Source: Nitrospirales bacterium
Lineage (GTDB): Bacteria; Nitrospirota; Nitrospiria; Nitrospirales; UBA8639
NCBI GenBank assembly: GCA_965203295.1
Contig: CBDBCZ010000019.1
Location: forward strand, 576,001 to 640,000
Length of the DNA: 64,000 bases
Reading direction: 5' to 3'
Below the pieces are notes generated by a model. The model saw only the letters and a list, made by a program, of their open reading frames with translations. It ran no database searches and was not told the origin of the DNA. A program made the translations under genes and the position numbers. Positions 29,640 to 39,656 of the stretch are shown here, in pieces; positions within the stretch are counted from its first letter, which is position 1, and every line of letters begins with the position of its first letter.

Positions 29640-31268
29640 ATGACACAACTCACTCATAGCCCTGCGTGGAATGCCCTCCAAGAGCATTACGGAAAAATCC
29701 AGCCTCTCCTTATGAGGAATCTTTTTGCCGAGGATCCTCAACGTGCTGAGCGGTTTTCGATGGAAGCCTTAGGAATCTATCTCGATTATTCTAAAAACCG
29801 AATCACAGACGAAACGATTCGACTTTTGTTTGACTTAGCGAAATCCTCTAATCTTCGTGAGCAGATCGATGCCATGTTTACTGGTGAGAAAATTAACATC
29901 ACGGAAAACCGAGCGGTTTTGCATGTGGCTCTTCGTGCACCTCAAAGCGCTTCTATCTTTGTGGATGGGGAGAACGTGGTTCCGGAGGTCCACGCGGTCC
30001 TCGATAAAATGGCCGACTTCGCTAATCGAGTACGGAGCGGAGAATGGAAAGGCTACACCGGGAAGCGTATACGAAACGTTGTCAACATCGGAATTGGGGG
30101 TTCTGATTTTGGTCCCATGATGGCCTATGAGGCACTCAAGTATTATAGTGACAGAGACTTGATACTCCGGTTTGTTTCGAACATTGACGGGACGGATATT
30201 GTTGAAGCGACAAGGGATCTGGACCCTACGGAAACTCTGTTCGTCATCTGTTCAAAAACCTTCACGACCCTCGAAACTCTGACGAATGCCCAATCAGCAA
30301 GAGACTGGTGTCTTAAAACCCTTGGTGACAAACAAGCGGTCGCAAAACATTTCGTTGCCGTCTCTACCAACAAGGAGGATGTGGCGAGATTCGGAATCGA
30401 TACCGCCAATATGTTTGAGTTCTGGGACTGGGTTGGAGGCCGCTACTCCTACGACTCCGCCATAGGTCTATCCCTGATGATCGCGATCGGTCCGGACCAA
30501 TTCCGTGAGATGCTTGCCGGGTTCCATGCTATGGATGAACATTTCCGGACAGCTTCTTTTGAAAAGAATCTACCCGTGCTGCTTGGTTTGTTGGGACTGT
30601 GGTATACCAATTTCTTCAGTGCCGAAACGCATGCCATTCTTCCCTATGATCAATATTTGTGGCGACTAAGTGCCTACTGCCAACAACTCGATATGGAAAG
30701 TAACGGGAAACATGTGGATCGAGAAGGGACGGTTGTGGACTACCACACAGGAGCGATCATTTGGGGGCAGCCAGGGACGAATGGCCAGCACGCTTATTAC
30801 CAACTCATTCACCAGGGAACCCGGCTCATCCCTTGCGATTTTATCGGTTTCTGTCAGTCACTGAATCCGCGAGGTCCTCATCATGATTTGCTCATGGCCA
30901 ATTTCTTCGCTCAAACTGAGGCCCTGGCTTTCGGGAAAACCGGTGAGGAAGTGGAAGCGGAAGGAGTTGCTCCTTCGTTGGTACCGCATCGAACCTTCGA
31001 TGGCAACCGTCCCACCAATACGATCCTAGCAACAAAGCTCACACCTGATATGTTGGGAAAGCTTATCGCTCTCTATGAGCACAAGGTGTTTGTGCAAGGT
31101 ACGATTTGGAATGTCAATTCGTTTGATCAATGGGGTGTGGAGCTTGGAAAGTTACTAACCAAGCGGATTAGTCCCGAGCTTATGAGTCAGACCGAACCGA
31201 AGCTTGCTCACGACAGCTCGACAAATACGTTGATCCGACGCTACCGTCATCATCGTTTCAGTGATTGA
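29640..31268 (+). CDS. pgi: Glucose-6-phosphate isomerase
   Basis: [53 protein letters not shown]. Confidence 0.97.
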   Translation: MTQLTHSPAWNALQEHYGKIQPLLMRNLFAEDPQRAERFSMEALGIYLDYSKNRITDETIRLLFDLAKSSNLREQIDAMFTGEKINITENRAVLHVALRAPQSASIFVDGENVVPEVHAVLDKMADFANRVRSGEWKGYTGKRIRNVVNIGIGGSDFGPMMAYEALKYYSDRDLILRFVSNIDGTDIVEATRDLDPTETLFVICSKTFTTLETLTNAQSARDWCLKTLGDKQAVAKHFVAVSTNKEDVARFGIDTANMFEFWDWVGGRYSYDSAIGLSLMIAIGPDQFREMLAGFHAMDEHFRTASFEKNLPVLLGLLGLWYTNFFSAETHAILPYDQYLWRLSAYCQQLDMESNGKHVDREGTVVDYHTGAIIWGQPGTNGQHAYYQLIHQGTRLIPCDFIGFCQSLNPRGPHHDLLMANFFAQTEALAFGKTGEEVEAEGVAPSLVPHRTFDGNRPTNTILATKLTPDMLGKLIALYEHKVFVQGTIWNVNSFDQWGVELGKLLTKRISPELMSQTEPKLAHDSSTNTLIRRYRHHRFSD

Positions 31269-31498
31269 ATTCAGATTCTCGGTTAAGAAACCTCGATGCG
31301 TTCATTGATGTACCAACCCTGGAGGCCTTGCTTGGGTAGGATGGTCTGAAAAAAGAGGATCGGTGACTCCTGGACTTGGAAGACTCCCTTGCTAGCATCC
31401 TCAATGCCAGGAGGAAATTCTCCTCTAATCGTGCAAGGACGCAGGCCGCAAGAACACGGTTGGCGGACTTTATTCAACAGCTTGCCAAGAGAGGTATC

Positions 31499-31918
31499 AT
31501 GCAACCACTTCTTCACTTCAATCTCAACCTGATTCTGGTAAAAACGATTACAGGCGAACTGGATGTTGAGTTACTGAAAACTAGGGTCCGAGAAATTGCT
31601 GATATCGCTCGCAAATTTCCACACCACAACATTCTTATTGATACCAGACAGGCGACCACACCATTTTCAACATTACCGATCACTGATACCACAATAGTGA
31701 GGGATGTTCTGGTAGAAGTGGTCGATCATTTTCAGGAGGTTACGTGCAAAATGGCGACCTTGCTTCCTTGAGGCGAAGGTCTGCCTCGAAACAAGCATGC
31801 ACTCGATTTAGAAAAAGGTATGGTAGGGATGGGCCTCAACCATAAGGTATTTTGGTCTTATGAGGAAGCCATTCAATGGCTGGGGGAGATTTCACCTGTG
31901 CCTGAAGATAATGCATGA
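31499..31918 (+). pseudogene. SpoIIAA/STAS-like small protein with an in-frame stop
   Basis: ATG 31499 after AGAGG; ILIDTR motif; TGA at 31769-31771, then the same frame continues to ...KVFWSYEEAIQWL, a typical family tail. Confidence 0.6.
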
Positions 31919-32015
31919 CATGATTTCTCTCTACTGGACTTTGAATTTCTTTCTGGACAGGCACTCTCCCTTTCAAAAATGGTGTGCTAAGCAGCTAACG
32001 GAGATCGTCATGAAT

Positions 32016-32088
32016 TGTAAAACTTGCATTTCAGTTGACGGACATTGTCAGATGAAGTTCGGAATTCCTGCTACACGTAAGAGACTGT
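32016..32088. mobile_element. MITE-like repeat, truncated copy 2 (left end only)
   Basis: tgtaaaacttgcatttcagttgacggacattgtcagatgaagttcggaattcctgctacacg closely matches the start of the 59255 copy. Confidence 0.75.
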
Positions 32089-32101
32089 TGTATTTTTTTC
32101 G

Positions 32102-33508
32102 TCATCGGCCTTTGCTCAGGTTATGATGTTGGATCACCCATTCCCGAGCAGTCTCGAGTGTGTCGAACTTCCCATCAAGCTGAGCCTCAAACGCAGCCTT
32201 CAAGATTTCACCCATTGCAGGTCCTGGTGTGACGCCTAGCTCTGTGAGGTGTCTGCCCTGGAGCAATGGCTTCGGTGCGGTGTCTTTCACTTCGAGTTCA
32301 TGGGCCAGTTGCAGTAATTGTTCCATTTTCTTAGGGAGCCCAGGAGGGAGAGGGGGCCGGCCACTATTATCTGCCTCCACCAGCCTCGCCAACATATCCA
32401 AATTTTCTCCTACTGACGCCAAGGCGACTGCAAGCCTACGAACGTGTCGTGGAGACCCAACAAAATGGAGATGGGTCAAATGATAGTGACATAAGATGAC
32501 CACTCGCTCCACCATGGCACTTGGTGTGCCTAGGCGCTTCAGGAATTGCCGATAGAGGTCATCAGTTTCAGCATGCCCTCGAGAATGGATACCATCTGGA
32601 GTCACCTTGGTGGTGGACGGTTTTCCCAAGTCATGACAAAGGGCAGTTAAGACCAGGAGGGCTCTTTCCTTCTCCTCGAGGTTCTCACGTTCAGCGATTC
32701 TGGAGGCTTTGTCGGTGACGTACAGGGTATGGGTCCAAACATCTCCTTCGGGATGCCACCGCGGGTCTTGCGGACAACCTTCGAGGGCAAGAAGTTCGGG
32801 ATAGACCTTGATCCAATCACATTCCCGTAAGAATTTCAGACCCAACGAGGGCTTCACCGATTGAGATGCCCATTTGAACCATTCACTCCAAATCCGTTCG
32901 AGAGCGAGGGTATTGTATTCCTTCAAAAGGCCCTTGGATAACTCTACGGTTTCGGCTGCTACCTCTAAAGAAAACCGCCCAGCGAATTGCATGCCGCGGA
33001 GTACACGCAGGGGATCTTCTGAAAACTTTGAGGTGGTGTGCCTCAGAATACCCACTTCTAAATCTTGATGGCCACTATAGGGATCACAGACTTCTCCCCC
33101 TATCGGATCAAAGGCCATGGCGTTCATGGTAAAGTCGCGCCGGGCCGCAGCTTCCTCCAAGGTCATCACTGGATCGGAGAACACTTCAAATCCCTTATGC
33201 CCCAACCCCGTCTTTGATTCGCGACGGGGCAGTGAGACATCAATGGGGAGCCCGTGAATTTTGAGGACCCCAAAGGCTTCACCTACTATGTCAATCGAAA
33301 AATGTGGAGAAAGAATCTTCACCAAAGTTTCGGATGAGATCCCGTATACCTCTATATCAATATCTTTGGGATGCAAACCCAAGAAGGCGTCCCGAACGCA
33401 ACCGCCAACCAGGTAAGCCCGGCCTCCAGCTGATGCCACCACGCGGGCAATTTTAAGCTGAGCTTCACGAACGGCGTCATTTTTAATGTGGAAACGGAAC
33501 GGCATCAC
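32102..33508 (-). CDS. cca: CCA tRNA nucleotidyltransferase with HD domain
   Basis: YLVGGCVRD...DIDIE, RRDFTMNA, EDPLRVLR, HPEGDVWTH, LCHDLGK. Confidence 0.9.
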   Translation of the reverse strand: MMPFRFHIKNDAVREAQLKIARVVASAGGRAYLVGGCVRDAFLGLHPKDIDIEVYGISSETLVKILSPHFSIDIVGEAFGVLKIHGLPIDVSLPRRESKTGLGHKGFEVFSDPVMTLEEAAARRDFTMNAMAFDPIGGEVCDPYSGHQDLEVGILRHTTSKFSEDPLRVLRGMQFAGRFSLEVAAETVELSKGLLKEYNTLALERIWSEWFKWASQSVKPSLGLKFLRECDWIKVYPELLALEGCPQDPRWHPEGDVWTHTLYVTDKASRIAERENLEEKERALLVLTALCHDLGKPSTTKVTPDGIHSRGHAETDDLYRQFLKRLGTPSAMVERVVILCHYHLTHLHFVGSPRHVRRLAVALASVGENLDMLARLVEADNSGRPPLPPGLPKKMEQLLQLAHELEVKDTAPKPLLQGRHLTELGVTPGPAMGEILKAAFEAQLDGKFDTLETAREWVIQHHNLSKGR

Positions 33509-33515
33509 CCGATCC

Positions 33516-34290
33516 TCATTCTGAGTTTAAAGTTTCAAGTTTAAAGATCAGGGCCATGGTGCCGTCTTTTTGTTTTAATGCCAGCCACGTGTTCACAAAA
33601 GTCACGGAGTCGTCTGCCTGACGCGGGAGGGCGTACGCCAAAGGGATGACCACGGGGTCTGTAAACGGCACAGACACCGAGTAGCGAGGATACACCAGAG
33701 TCCAGGCCGAGTCCGCCTCAGTCGCATACACCAGTGCATCAAGATCAGCCGCTGGCGCTTTGTGCAAAAAGAACGACCGGATTGACTCCAGGGGTACCAT
33801 AGTAGCCCGCGGGATCAGGCTCTTGACCAGCGTATGATAGTAGCGAGACCCGGTTGGTAGGCCAAGCTTGAGTGCTTCCAGACTCTTGATCTTCTCCCAG
33901 CTCATGAACTCTTCGCGGCAGTGATACTCAACAAGGAAGGCCATGGTCAAATCCATGTAGGGGATGGAAAAGGTCATTTGCTGGGTGCGGCCTGGGCTTA
34001 TGGCATAGTCCGGGATGACCATATCAATTGCCCCGGTGTCCAACTCCTTGGTTGGGGGCTAACTCGCGGTTCAGCAGCACCAATTCAAGAGAGACGCCTA
34101 AATACTTGGCTAAACCATTGATCACCTCGACATCCGACCCCACGTATTTTTCTTGGGCATTGCGAAAGATAAATGGGAGGGCATCCTTGACATACCCAAC
34201 ACGTAATGTGCCTCGCGTACGGATGCGCTCAAGGCGCGAGCGGTCATCCGCGCCCCCATCCGGCGGGGGTGGCTTCTTACGCACCTTCAC
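33516..34290 (-). pseudogene. Fragments of an amino-acid-type solute-binding (family 3) domain
   Basis: SRLERIRTRGTLRVGY..DALPF in one frame and FSIPYMD...FVNTWL.LKQKDGT in another; no signal peptide; ends at a heptamer tract. Confidence 0.7.
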
Positions 34291-34519
34291 CGCACGAGTT
34301 CCTCCAGTAGATCCATTTCGACGAAGGCTGTGTACTTGGTGTAAAGGTGGTCCACCCCGTACGTAAAGAAGGCAGGGTGCGAAAAAAATCAGGTTGGGCT
34401 TCTCAGTCTACAAAACAATCTGCTTTTGTCGTCAAGCTTCAAGTTAGATATTATACATAACTCGCCCCTTTGATGGACATGCCGCTACCTCTATAGGTCG
34501 TAAGAACAATGGAGAGCAA

Positions 34520-35542
34520 ATGAGGAACCAATTTTGGGTATGCTTCGCGGGAATTGTATGCGTGGTTTTGATACTGACGGGATTATGTCAAGCCGATGAA
34601 ATCTACTTGAAAAACGGCGACCGGATTACGGGAAAGGTCATATCCCTAGAGAATGAGATTCTGACCGTGGAGATCGACTATGTGGACAAGGACGTGAAAA
34701 TCGATTGGAAAGAAGTGGAACGTGTTGTGTTCAATACGCCGGCATCAGTGGACGTGTATGACCAAGATCCTGAACAGTTAGATCCTAGTGAATTTTACGA
34801 TACCGCACGGCTACGCGTAGAAAGCCTGGAAAATACTAAACGGTTTCCTTTATCAAGGATTAAAGGAATCAATACCCCGGACATACGATATAAAGCGAAT
34901 ATTGATTTTGGAGGGAACCGCACCTCAGGGAATACCGATACCACCGCCTTAAACGGAACATTCAATGGAACGATTTGGTCTGATCGGCATCGCTTGAATG
35001 GGAGGTTTAGATACACCAATGCATCAGCGGATGGGGAAGAAACCGCGAACAATTCCAACGGATCAGTCAGATATGATTATTTTTATACTAAAAGGTTGTT
35101 CTTTCGATTGGCTCAATCAATGGAAATCGATAATTTTCAAGATTTGAAACTGAGATCCACGACAGGCGTAAACATAGGGTACCAGTTCATTGACACCTCT
35201 CAGCATACTTTAGACGCAACTCTTGGACCGGCCTTTGTCTATCAGGAATTTTCCACGAGTGGTGTCACGCAAACCCCTGCTGGCAAATGGTTTGTGGATT
35301 GGGAATATAAGGCCCTGGCTGATCGATTAGTGTTGTATCATACGCAATCTGGCGCTCGCGATTTTGGATCGGATAGTGACGCTTTTCGATGGAATGCAGA
35401 CCAAGGAGTTCGTGTCGCTCTGTATAAGAAACTTTACTTCAACCTTGGCTATGAATTTCGGTTTAACAGCGAACCGAAACTTGGCAAAAAGCAGACGGAT
35501 GAAGCCCTAAATATCGGCTTAGGGTATGCGCTCTCAAACTGA
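34520..35542 (+). CDS. DUF481 (YdiY-like) outer-membrane beta-barrel protein
   Basis: Signal peptide then ADEIYLKNGDRITG; SGNTD; DNFQDLKLR; GLGY C-terminus. Confidence 0.85.
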   Translation: MRNQFWVCFAGIVCVVLILTGLCQADEIYLKNGDRITGKVISLENEILTVEIDYVDKDVKIDWKEVERVVFNTPASVDVYDQDPEQLDPSEFYDTARLRVESLENTKRFPLSRIKGINTPDIRYKANIDFGGNRTSGNTDTTALNGTFNGTIWSDRHRLNGRFRYTNASADGEETANNSNGSVRYDYFYTKRLFFRLAQSMEIDNFQDLKLRSTTGVNIGYQFIDTSQHTLDATLGPAFVYQEFSTSGVTQTPAGKWFVDWEYKALADRLVLYHTQSGARDFGSDSDAFRWNADQGVRVALYKKLYFNLGYEFRFNSEPKLGKKQTDEALNIGLGYALSN

Positions 35543-35694
35543 TTGACGGGAAGGCTTATTTCCGATATGCGGGCTCAAAGATGAAGACTATTGCAGGAAG
35601 AAATATGAGGGAGGCAGCGCGATGAAAAATCCTATCCTAGTTGCATGTATGTTTTTTTGCTTGGAGCCATTGGTTGCTCTACCGATTCGTAACG

Positions 35695-36159
35695 TTAGTG
35701 GGCTTGCGGAGATCCCCATAGGTAGATCAACTGAAGTTCAATCGTTTTCTTTTCGCTTTCGAGCGTCAGTTTGCATTCCTGCCATGATGGCACTGTTAAC
35801 CCTGGATTGATGTTATTGGATAAGGCGTATCCTTCTTCGGGGAGCACCAGGAATTTCCTCTCCATGTTCCCGGAAAGGTTTTCATCGTGGAGTACCGCAA
35901 TCGCATAGTTTCCGTAATCGAGGTTCTCAAACTGAACCAATACGCTATTCCCGTTGATTCTATCGATGGCACGGGATTTAAAGATTGCCGAGTCGTCATT
36001 AAGAAACCCCTCTGGTCGGTTGTACAGCGAGACAAGGACCTGTCCCTTTGTGCTACGTAGCCCATCGATGCGAACCTCGAGCGCACCTTTACCATGACCG
36101 CTCATGCCAATATGTGATAGCCATACGATACACAAAAGAAGAAATGCACGGTGCCACAT
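35695..36159 (-). CDS. DUF2141 family exported protein
   Basis: GLRSTKGQV, YAIAVLHDEN.SG, PEEGYALSNN; GGAGGA RBS before ATG 36159. Confidence 0.88.
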   Translation of the reverse strand: MWHRAFLLLCIVWLSHIGMSGHGKGALEVRIDGLRSTKGQVLVSLYNRPEGFLNDDSAIFKSRAIDRINGNSVLVQFENLDYGNYAIAVLHDENLSGNMERKFLVLPEEGYALSNNINPGLTVPSWQECKLTLESEKKTIELQLIYLWGSPQAH

Positions 36160-36246
36160 GGATAAAGATCCTCCACAGTCGCGTCTCGAACGCGCAAGTC
36201 TAGTCATGACGAACAATAGTGAAAAAGGAATCTTGAAGTACGAAGA

Positions 36247-36567
36247 CTATCCTAAATATAGTGACGAGATGATCGAAGAAGCAACCCCCTCGCGTTCGGT
36301 TGGGGCAGGGAGCGCGACCACGCGGAAGACTCGCGGGCTCACTCTCTCCGTGATCCGTTTTCCAGCCGCATCTCGTCCTTCGAAGATCACAATGACCCGT
36401 AGGCCTTTCTGCTTGACCCACTCCTGGATGCGGCAGAGTTCTACCTGAAGCTTCACCAGCTTCTGGTCGAATTCTTTCCGGCTCAGCTTTATACCATTAC
36501 TTACCTGAGCACTCGTTTCGGTTTCCTTGGATTTCTCCTTCTTTTTGTCGTCTCTCTTCCTAGACAT
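36247..36567 (-). pseudogene. ppk2: Polyphosphate kinase 2 N-terminal fragment
   Basis: LQVELCRIQEWV..GLRVIVIFEGRDAAGK|RITERVSPRVFRVVALPAPTERE; the usual GGxIK after the P-loop Lys is missing and the gene is truncated after TERE. Confidence 0.85.
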
Positions 36568-36906
36568 CTCTCTTCCCCTTTCCAAACAAGGGTATCCGCC
36601 TTCAGAGTCCTTCTGACTATCATAACGAATGCCGGAGACGTTTTGCATTCGAACCAGAAATCATCCTTCCGGAAAGAGAGTATATCACAACTCTCCCACG
36701 GCCCGCGGCTTATGAGAGATAGGTCAGACAACTCCAATCACGAGTGCTTGTAGGCATTTCAACAGGTTTTGTAAACGAGAGGCGGACAGAACGTGGCTGT
36801 TGACTTTTATTTGAGAGAGGGACTTGGCGGTGCTGGATGTGCAGGAGTTCCAAAGGCTGGAGGTCTCGGCACAGCTCCATAAAGTGGCGGATGGACTGAA
36901 CTCAGC

Positions 36907-37257
36907 TTACCATATGGAGTCATAGGTAATTACGTAGGTAACATCCCTTCCTTCGTTTGCCTCGATTGTAGTTCCAGCAATTTCCCATATGCCTATAGTC
37001 AACACGTCCATTACAAAGTGGCCGGCAGCCACTCCTGGTTTGCTTTTATCACCTTCTTCAAGCTCATATGTGTCAATTATCCTCCCATCCTCCTTGGTTT
37101 CTGAAGATCCCGGATCACCGAAACTCGCAAGAATTACCTCACGTGGAGTTCCTTCTTTAAGCAGAGAGTAGTTATACTCTTCGCCACCCTCCGCCGCCAT
37201 GAACACACTGCAGCCTGTGAGCCACAGTAGGATCATCACAAGAGATGGCATTCGCAT
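36907..37257 (-). CDS. Small lipoprotein, possibly 3'-truncated
   Basis: Lipobox LTGC; HFVMDVLTIGIWE motif; ends abruptly at ITYDSIW. Confidence 0.7.
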   Translation of the reverse strand: MRMPSLVMILLWLTGCSVFMAAEGGEEYNYSLLKEGTPREVILASFGDPGSSETKEDGRIIDTYELEEGDKSKPGVAAGHFVMDVLTIGIWEIAGTTIEANEGRDVTYVITYDSIW

Positions 37258-37456
37258 TGTCCCATCCTTTTGTATTTAGATCTCGGTTTTTTTTACTCTA
37301 AGGCAGTTCTTGGAGGGTTATATGTTTTTCTCGAACCTAATACATAAAGCCCTTCCGATTGAGTGCAAGGCTATTCCACCAGGTTCCGACATGGCGTATC
37401 CGTAGCTTGTTCCTCTCAAATCGGTGCTTAAGACCCAATCAGCGCGAGACGGGGTT

Positions 37457-37987
37457 CTACCTCATGAGGGACAGGATAATCTTGTTCACGACTTCTCTTA
37501 TGGAGTCTTCCATTTCACTTTCCCCAGAAAATGGATGTGACGCCGACTCACCGAAAATGGTGAATGTCATAATGGAATTCTCTGACGACTTCTCAAATAC
37601 CTCAACCCGGACATCGAGCTCGTTGGCGCCTGCCAATACACCAAACATGATCCTCGCACCCATGGAAACTTGATCTGCGGTATTTACCTGGACGCGAATG
37701 TAGTATTTCGCGGGGTCACCCTCATGTACCACTTGTTTAAAGACGCCGTCGCTCACTAAACGTCCAAATAATTGACCTCGGAGGTTGAGAATGATTTCCC
37801 TCAAATCTTCATCGGGTTGCAGGCCCTCACCTGGAACAACGTTTAAAACCGTCGTCGCGGTGTGGTCAATGCGTTCTGTTTCTTTAAGAGGCTGCAGCAT
37901 TTTCATTTGTCCACTGGAGGAACATCCGGGCAAAAGACTCACTGCGAACGCCAAGAAGAACAGCATGGTCATTCTTTTTGTCATCAT
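37457..37987 (-). CDS. Lipoprotein (DUF4410-like)
   Basis: Lipobox LPGC; ARIMFGVLAGA motif; RBS before ATG 37987. Confidence 0.75.
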   Translation of the reverse strand: MMTKRMTMLFFLAFAVSLLPGCSSSGQMKMLQPLKETERIDHTATTVLNVVPGEGLQPDEDLREIILNLRGQLFGRLVSDGVFKQVVHEGDPAKYYIRVQVNTADQVSMGARIMFGVLAGANELDVRVEVFEKSSENSIMTFTIFGESASHPFSGESEMEDSIREVVNKIILSLMR

Positions 37988-38476
37988 CTTCCTCTCTTTA
38001 TTAGGAATTAGAATATACGCTTTCTTTTGTAGTTGCAGACCTCCGTTACAGAGGCTAATGTAGCAAGCGTTGGGGAAAAGGACAATGCGAAGAGGTGGGA
38101 TCTTGTTTTCTTCTTCAGTCGCTCGCATTATTGACAACTGCTTTTTCCAACTTTCTTGCTTTTTATGGAATGCTCAATTCGCGTCAAGAGAGTTTATGGC
38201 AAACTCCGCATTCGCTCTACAAACACAAATCCCCTCAAGCACACACGTACCCGAAGGGCCTATCTTAGGTATCCTAGTGTTTTAAGACTTCTGCTCGCGC
38301 CATTCACCCCATGTTGAACTCCTAATTTTCATAAAGCCTACTCCTAACTCATAATAAATGTCTATCTTCTCTAGGAGGCAGGTCTATCCCTTCTTTTCTG
38401 GCAACCACTTTTTCCTTCCCAGCTATTCAGTGGATCTCTAAGAGGCCAATCTGCAATCGTGTTTATCACTCAAGAG

Positions 38477-38646
38477 TATGCTCTCTTTTATCTTGCATAT
38501 GCGAGTTACACAGCCGGATCCTGGTCAGATAAGGAATTAGAAGAACTCTTTCTCCAAGCTCGCATGGAAAATGAGCGGTTAGGAGTCACGAGTATGCTTC
38601 TATATAGCGAAGGATGGTTCATTCAGGTCTTGGAGGGTGAGAAAAA
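38477..38646 (+). pseudogene. BLUF blue-light sensor domain fragment
   Basis: LAYAS...LEELF..AR.EN.RLGVTSMLLYSEGWFIQVLEGEK; similarity stops after EGEK; nearest ATG (38478) is out of frame. Confidence 0.75.
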
Positions 38647-39656
38647 GACCGGGAAAAGGGATCGCGTTTTGTCTCGTAAGCGGAAATGTAAACAGCGTAG
38701 TGAGAGCTTTATTTTGCCGAGGTTCGCTATCAGTACCGAACTGATAACGAATCATCAACACATGATGAATAGGCTTCTGTCCTTTACCCATATGATTCAT
38801 GGTCTCTCACTGGTCCAGCTTCGCAGAACCACAATAACACACTGACGGGACAATCGGACGAATACCTGGGGCAGGTTGTCAAATTCGCTGGTCGGGTCAA
38901 AAGTATTGAATCGATAAAGGACGGATATGAGGTACTCGCGAAGTGGCTTCCTTATCCAGAACGCCAAGCCTTCGATAAAGGACTCCGGGATCCTGAGGTC
39001 GATCCTGGCCGACATTTCCTTATAAGCTTTTGAGAGAAACGGGAGAGGACTTTCGTTATGACCCAGGGGAATAAATTCATTGTGGAAGGGACAGTGAAAG
39101 GAACAAAAAACGCTTTAATCAGTCTCTTTGGAAATGAAAAGTCACTTCTTTACGTGAATGCCAAGTGTGTCCATGTGTGGGAAACTGGTCAAAGCAGCTT
39201 AAGCAAGAGCCCTGATTCCGATTATCTGGAGGCCAGAAGAAAAACCTTCTGCGCTGATCAATGAGCGTGACCCCTATGCTCGTCCTCATCCCTCACAGGA
39301 TAGGCTACTCTCCAGCCTAACCTTACGCACAGCTTGGCGACCTCTTCCTGGTTTCGTGACACGTCATACGTATACGTGGTTGTCGGTGAGCCAGGTGACA
39401 GCTTTTGGAGATGTGCTGCCATCGTCCTTCGAATTTGGTTCTTGCCTTCATCATCGAAATCCCTTATTCTTCCAATCAGTTAGAAAATCAAGATCATGCC
39501 AATTTATTCATGACGTCCATGAATCCAGCCTCGAGTTGATCTTTGCCACGCCCCTTTTTTCCATGCTTTCCGGAGAAGAAATTAAGAAAATAGCTAGTTT
39601 TATCAAAAATGAAATAGCGACAAAATTTATCAGGAGCGTGTGAAGGAAACTGACCT

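Noticed and set aside
31769..31771. In-frame TGA as selenocysteine in the SpoIIAA-like gene
   Set aside because: There is no Cys-type motif context and I saw no convincing SECIS-like hairpin; a nonsense mutation is simpler given the surrounding decay.
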